A DNA stretch of 64,000 nucleotides from Mobula hypostoma (Eukaryota). The stretch is from NCBI RefSeq assembly GCF_963921235.1, contig NC_086118.1:24802001-24866000 (forward strand). Reading direction: 5' to 3'. Of this stretch, positions 61,018-64,000 are shown in pieces (the first letter of the stretch is position 1; every line of letters begins with the position of its first letter). Both the position numbers and the translations under genes were made by a program. The notes under the pieces are model-generated. The model ran no database searches. It saw only the letters and a list, made by a program, of their open reading frames with translations, and was not told the DNA's origin.

Positions 61018-61640
61018 CAATCCAACCCATCAGCCACTACACATCCCACCAGCTAGCACCTTCCTGTCAGCCAGTACACAACCCATCAGACACTACCCAT
61101 CCCATCAGCCACTACCCAACCCACCAGCTAGCACCCTTCCCATCAGCCAGTACACAACCCATCAGCCAGTACCCAACCCACCAGCTATCGCCCTTCCCAT
61201 CAGCCAGTACACAACCCATCAACCAGTACAGAACCCATTCCATCAGCCACTACCCATCCCATCAGCCAGTATCCAACTCATTCCATCAGCCAGTACCCAA
61301 CCCATCAGCCACTACCCAACCCACCAGCTAGCACCCTTCCCATCAGCCAGTACCCAACCCATCAGCCACTACCCAACCCATTCCATCAGCCACTACCCAA
61401 CCCATTCCATCAACCACTACTCATCCCATCAGCCAGTACCTGACCCATCAGCCAGTATCCAACTCATTCCATCAGCCACTACCCATCCCATCAGCCACTA
61501 CTCAACCCATTCCATCGGCCACTACCCAACTCATCCTATCAGCCACTACTCAACCCATCAGCCAGTACCCAACCTATCTCATCAGCCACTACCCATCCTA
61601 TCAGCCAGTACTCAACCCATCAGCCAGTACCCATCCCATC
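61018..61640 (+). repeat. Minisatellite with core CCCATCAGCCA(G/C)TAC(C/A/T)CAA and length variants
   Basis: Many imperfect tandem copies of ccatcagccactacccaa / ccatcagccagtacacaa, with spacer variants such as cccaccagctagcaccctt. Confidence 0.9.
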
Positions 61641-62496
61641 TGAGCATATACTGTATCTGTGTTTCTCTCAGTATCCACCTCAGAACCACAAGACCTCAGT
61701 GGATATCAGTCATCCTCAATCCCAAAGGACTGCCTAAGAAGACAAAAAAGGCAATATCAAGAATTAACTTTGAAACCATACAACACCCTTTCATAATAAG
61801 CTAGTTTGCACAATCCCTTTCCTCCTTAATCTTGCTTTCTAAAACCTACTTTAACTAAACTTTTGACCATTTTCGCCAGTTTCCTCTTCTCATAATAACA
61901 TATTAATTTTAATTATAAACATCAGATAAAGTGCTTCAAGATATTTTGCTACATTAATTGTGTTATGTACTGTGGCTGTTATGACTAAGTTCTGTCGGTT
62001 TTATTGGTGGAAACAATTGCCACATAGCTCTGTAGATTTAAAGGTTCTAAGTATCATAATTTGGTAAATATCAGAACTATAGCAATCAAACTGCACCACA
62101 AGGAGAAGAATAGCTAAAAAAGATTAATGTTTATTTAAAGAGAGGAGCTCTTAGTAACCAAACATTAGTGCACTGCTACAAAGGAACATGAGCAACCTAA
62201 CACCTGGCTGGTGTTTATACAACAACTAACAATACTATGAACAGATCAGTTAATCACTGTCACAATGGTGTTTGTGGGAGATTATTGTGCACAAATTTAC
62301 TTTCCAGTTTTCCTTTTGCATTAATACATGGATTTCTTGAAATCTGCTAACCAAACACTTGATCTTTCTTTGGTTAATATGATATGAAACTGCAGTCGAA
62401 AATTATTGATATGAAGCTCTTTGTTAAAAATCAATCACATGAAACTATAGTAAGATAAATTAGAGAGACTATGCTGACTTTATAGTCATAGACATT

Positions 62497-63045
62497 ATCA
62501 GAATCAGGTTTTATTATTACGAACATCGCCATGAAATTTGTTGTTTTGGGGCTGCACTACAGTGGAAGACAAAAAATACTATGGTACAATAGGAAATATA
62601 TAAAAAATAAATTAGTGCAAAAAGAGAGAGCAAAGTGATGAGGTAGTGTTCATGGGTTCATTCAGAAACCATGAACACAACCTCAGAGTACAGAGAGGAA
62701 GAAGCTGTTCATAAAACATTGACTGTGCATCTTCAGGCTCCTGTACCTCCTCCCTGATGGCAGCGATGAGAAGAAGGCGTCCCTAGATGGCGAGGTTTCT
62801 TAATGATGGATGCCACCTTCTTGAGACATCGCCTTTTGAAGATGCCCCCGATGCTGAGGAGGCTAGGCCCATCAAGGAGCTGGCTGAGTCAACAATCCTC
62901 GGCAGCTTTTGTTTCTGATCTTGTGCATTGGAGCATCTACAGCGGGCAGTGATGCAAGCACTCAGAATGCTCTCCCCAGTACATTTCTAGAAATTTGCCA
63001 GCGTCTTTGGCAACATACCAAATCTCCTCAAACTTCTAAAGAAGT
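62497..63045 (-). mobile_element. Rex/Babar-like LINE 3' end
   Basis: atcagaatcaggtttattatt tail; gaagaagctgttc...ctgtacctcctccctgatgg...aatgatggatgccaccttc; same family as 51490. Confidence 0.8.
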
Positions 63046-63064
63046 TTACTGGTGTCTTCTTTGT

Positions 63065-64000
63065 GATTGGGAATAAAGGGACCCTATTCTGGCTGGCTGC
63101 CGGTTACCAGTGGTGTTCCACAGGGGTCCGTGTTGGGGCCACTTCTTTTTACATTGTACATCAACGATTTGGATTATGGAATAGATGGCTTTGTGGCCAA
63201 GTTTGCTGACGATACGAAGATAGGTGGAGGGGCTGGTAGTGCTGAGGAAATGGAGAGTCTGCAGAGAGACTTGGATAGATTGGAAGAATGGACAGTGTTG
63301 GAAAGTGTATGGTTATGCACTTTGACAGAAGTAATAAACGGGCAGAATATTATTTAAACGGGGAAAAAAAATCAAAGTTCTGAGATGCAACAGGACTTGG
63401 GAGTCCTTGTACAGGATACTGTTAAGGTTAACCTCCAGGCTGAGTCAGTAGTGAAGAAGGCGAATGCAATGTTGGCATTCATTTCTAGAGGAATAGAGTA
63501 TAGGAGCAGGGATGGGATGTTGAGGCTCTATAAGGCGCTGGTGAGACCTCACTTGGAGTACTGTGGGCAGTTTTGCTCTCCTTATTTAAGAAAGGATGTG
63601 CTGACGTTGGAGAGGGTACAGAGAAGATTCACTAGAATGATTCTGGGAATTAGAGGGTTAACATATGAGGAACGTTTGTCCGTTCTTGGACTGTATTCCT
63701 TGGAGTTTTGAAGAGTGAGGGGAGACCTTATAGAAACATTTCGAAAGTTGAAAGGCATGGACAGAGTGGATGTGGCAAAGTTGTTTCCCATGATGGGGAA
63801 GTATTGTACGAGAGGGCATGACTTAAGGATTGAAGGGCGCCCATTCAGAACAGAAATGCGAAGAAATTTTTTTAGCCAGAGGGTGGTGAATCTATGGAAT
63901 TTGTTGCCACGGGCAGCAGTGGAAACCAAGTCATTGGGTGTATTTAAGGCAGAGATTGATAGGTATCTGAGTAGCCAGGGCATCAAAGGTTATGGTGAAA
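63065..64000 (+). mobile_element. CR1 LINE RT and C-terminus (runs off window)
   Basis: SGVPQGSVLGPLLFTLYINDL, KFADDTKIGG, LVRPHLEYC, LERVQRRFTRMI. Confidence 0.92.

Noticed and set aside
60933..61331. 132-aa Pro/His/Gln/Ser-rich ORF
   Set aside because: Translation of the minisatellite; no splice or homology support.
1..64000. Prokaryotic-type systems (CRISPR arrays, operons), rRNA or true tRNA genes
   Set aside because: None seen; tandem repeats lack unique spacers and tRNA-like boxes belong to SINE heads.

Overview
Eukaryotic, repeat-rich vertebrate DNA. The repeat families (CR1, Penelope-like, Rex/Babar, RTE, V-SINE-like, L1, Tc1/mariner, hAT) suggest a cartilaginous fish, probably a ray; this is inference. 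The window lies inside one minus-strand gene encoding an F-box/WD40 protein recognisable as FBXW10 (CDRT1-like). I reconstructed nine consecutive coding exons by hand (56669 to 629, 1324 nt, about 440 codons). All junctions are GT-AG, the phases match and there are no stops; five of the exons are absent from the ORF track. The first and last coding exons appear to lie outside the window. The introns hold nested transposons, many with visible target-site duplications (TSDs). The most interesting non-coding signal is a family of minimal hammerhead ribozymes (CTGANGA - helix II - GAAACGTC, loopless palindromic helix III) carried by Penelope-like elements (PLEs). They occur as two head-to-head inverted pairs and as three ~90-97 nt stand-alone 'ribozyme core + 3' segment' insertions, each with its own 11-14 bp TSD. 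Several copies are sense to the host pre-mRNA. No database search was run; family assignments rest on recognised motifs, and boundaries of degraded repeats are approximate.
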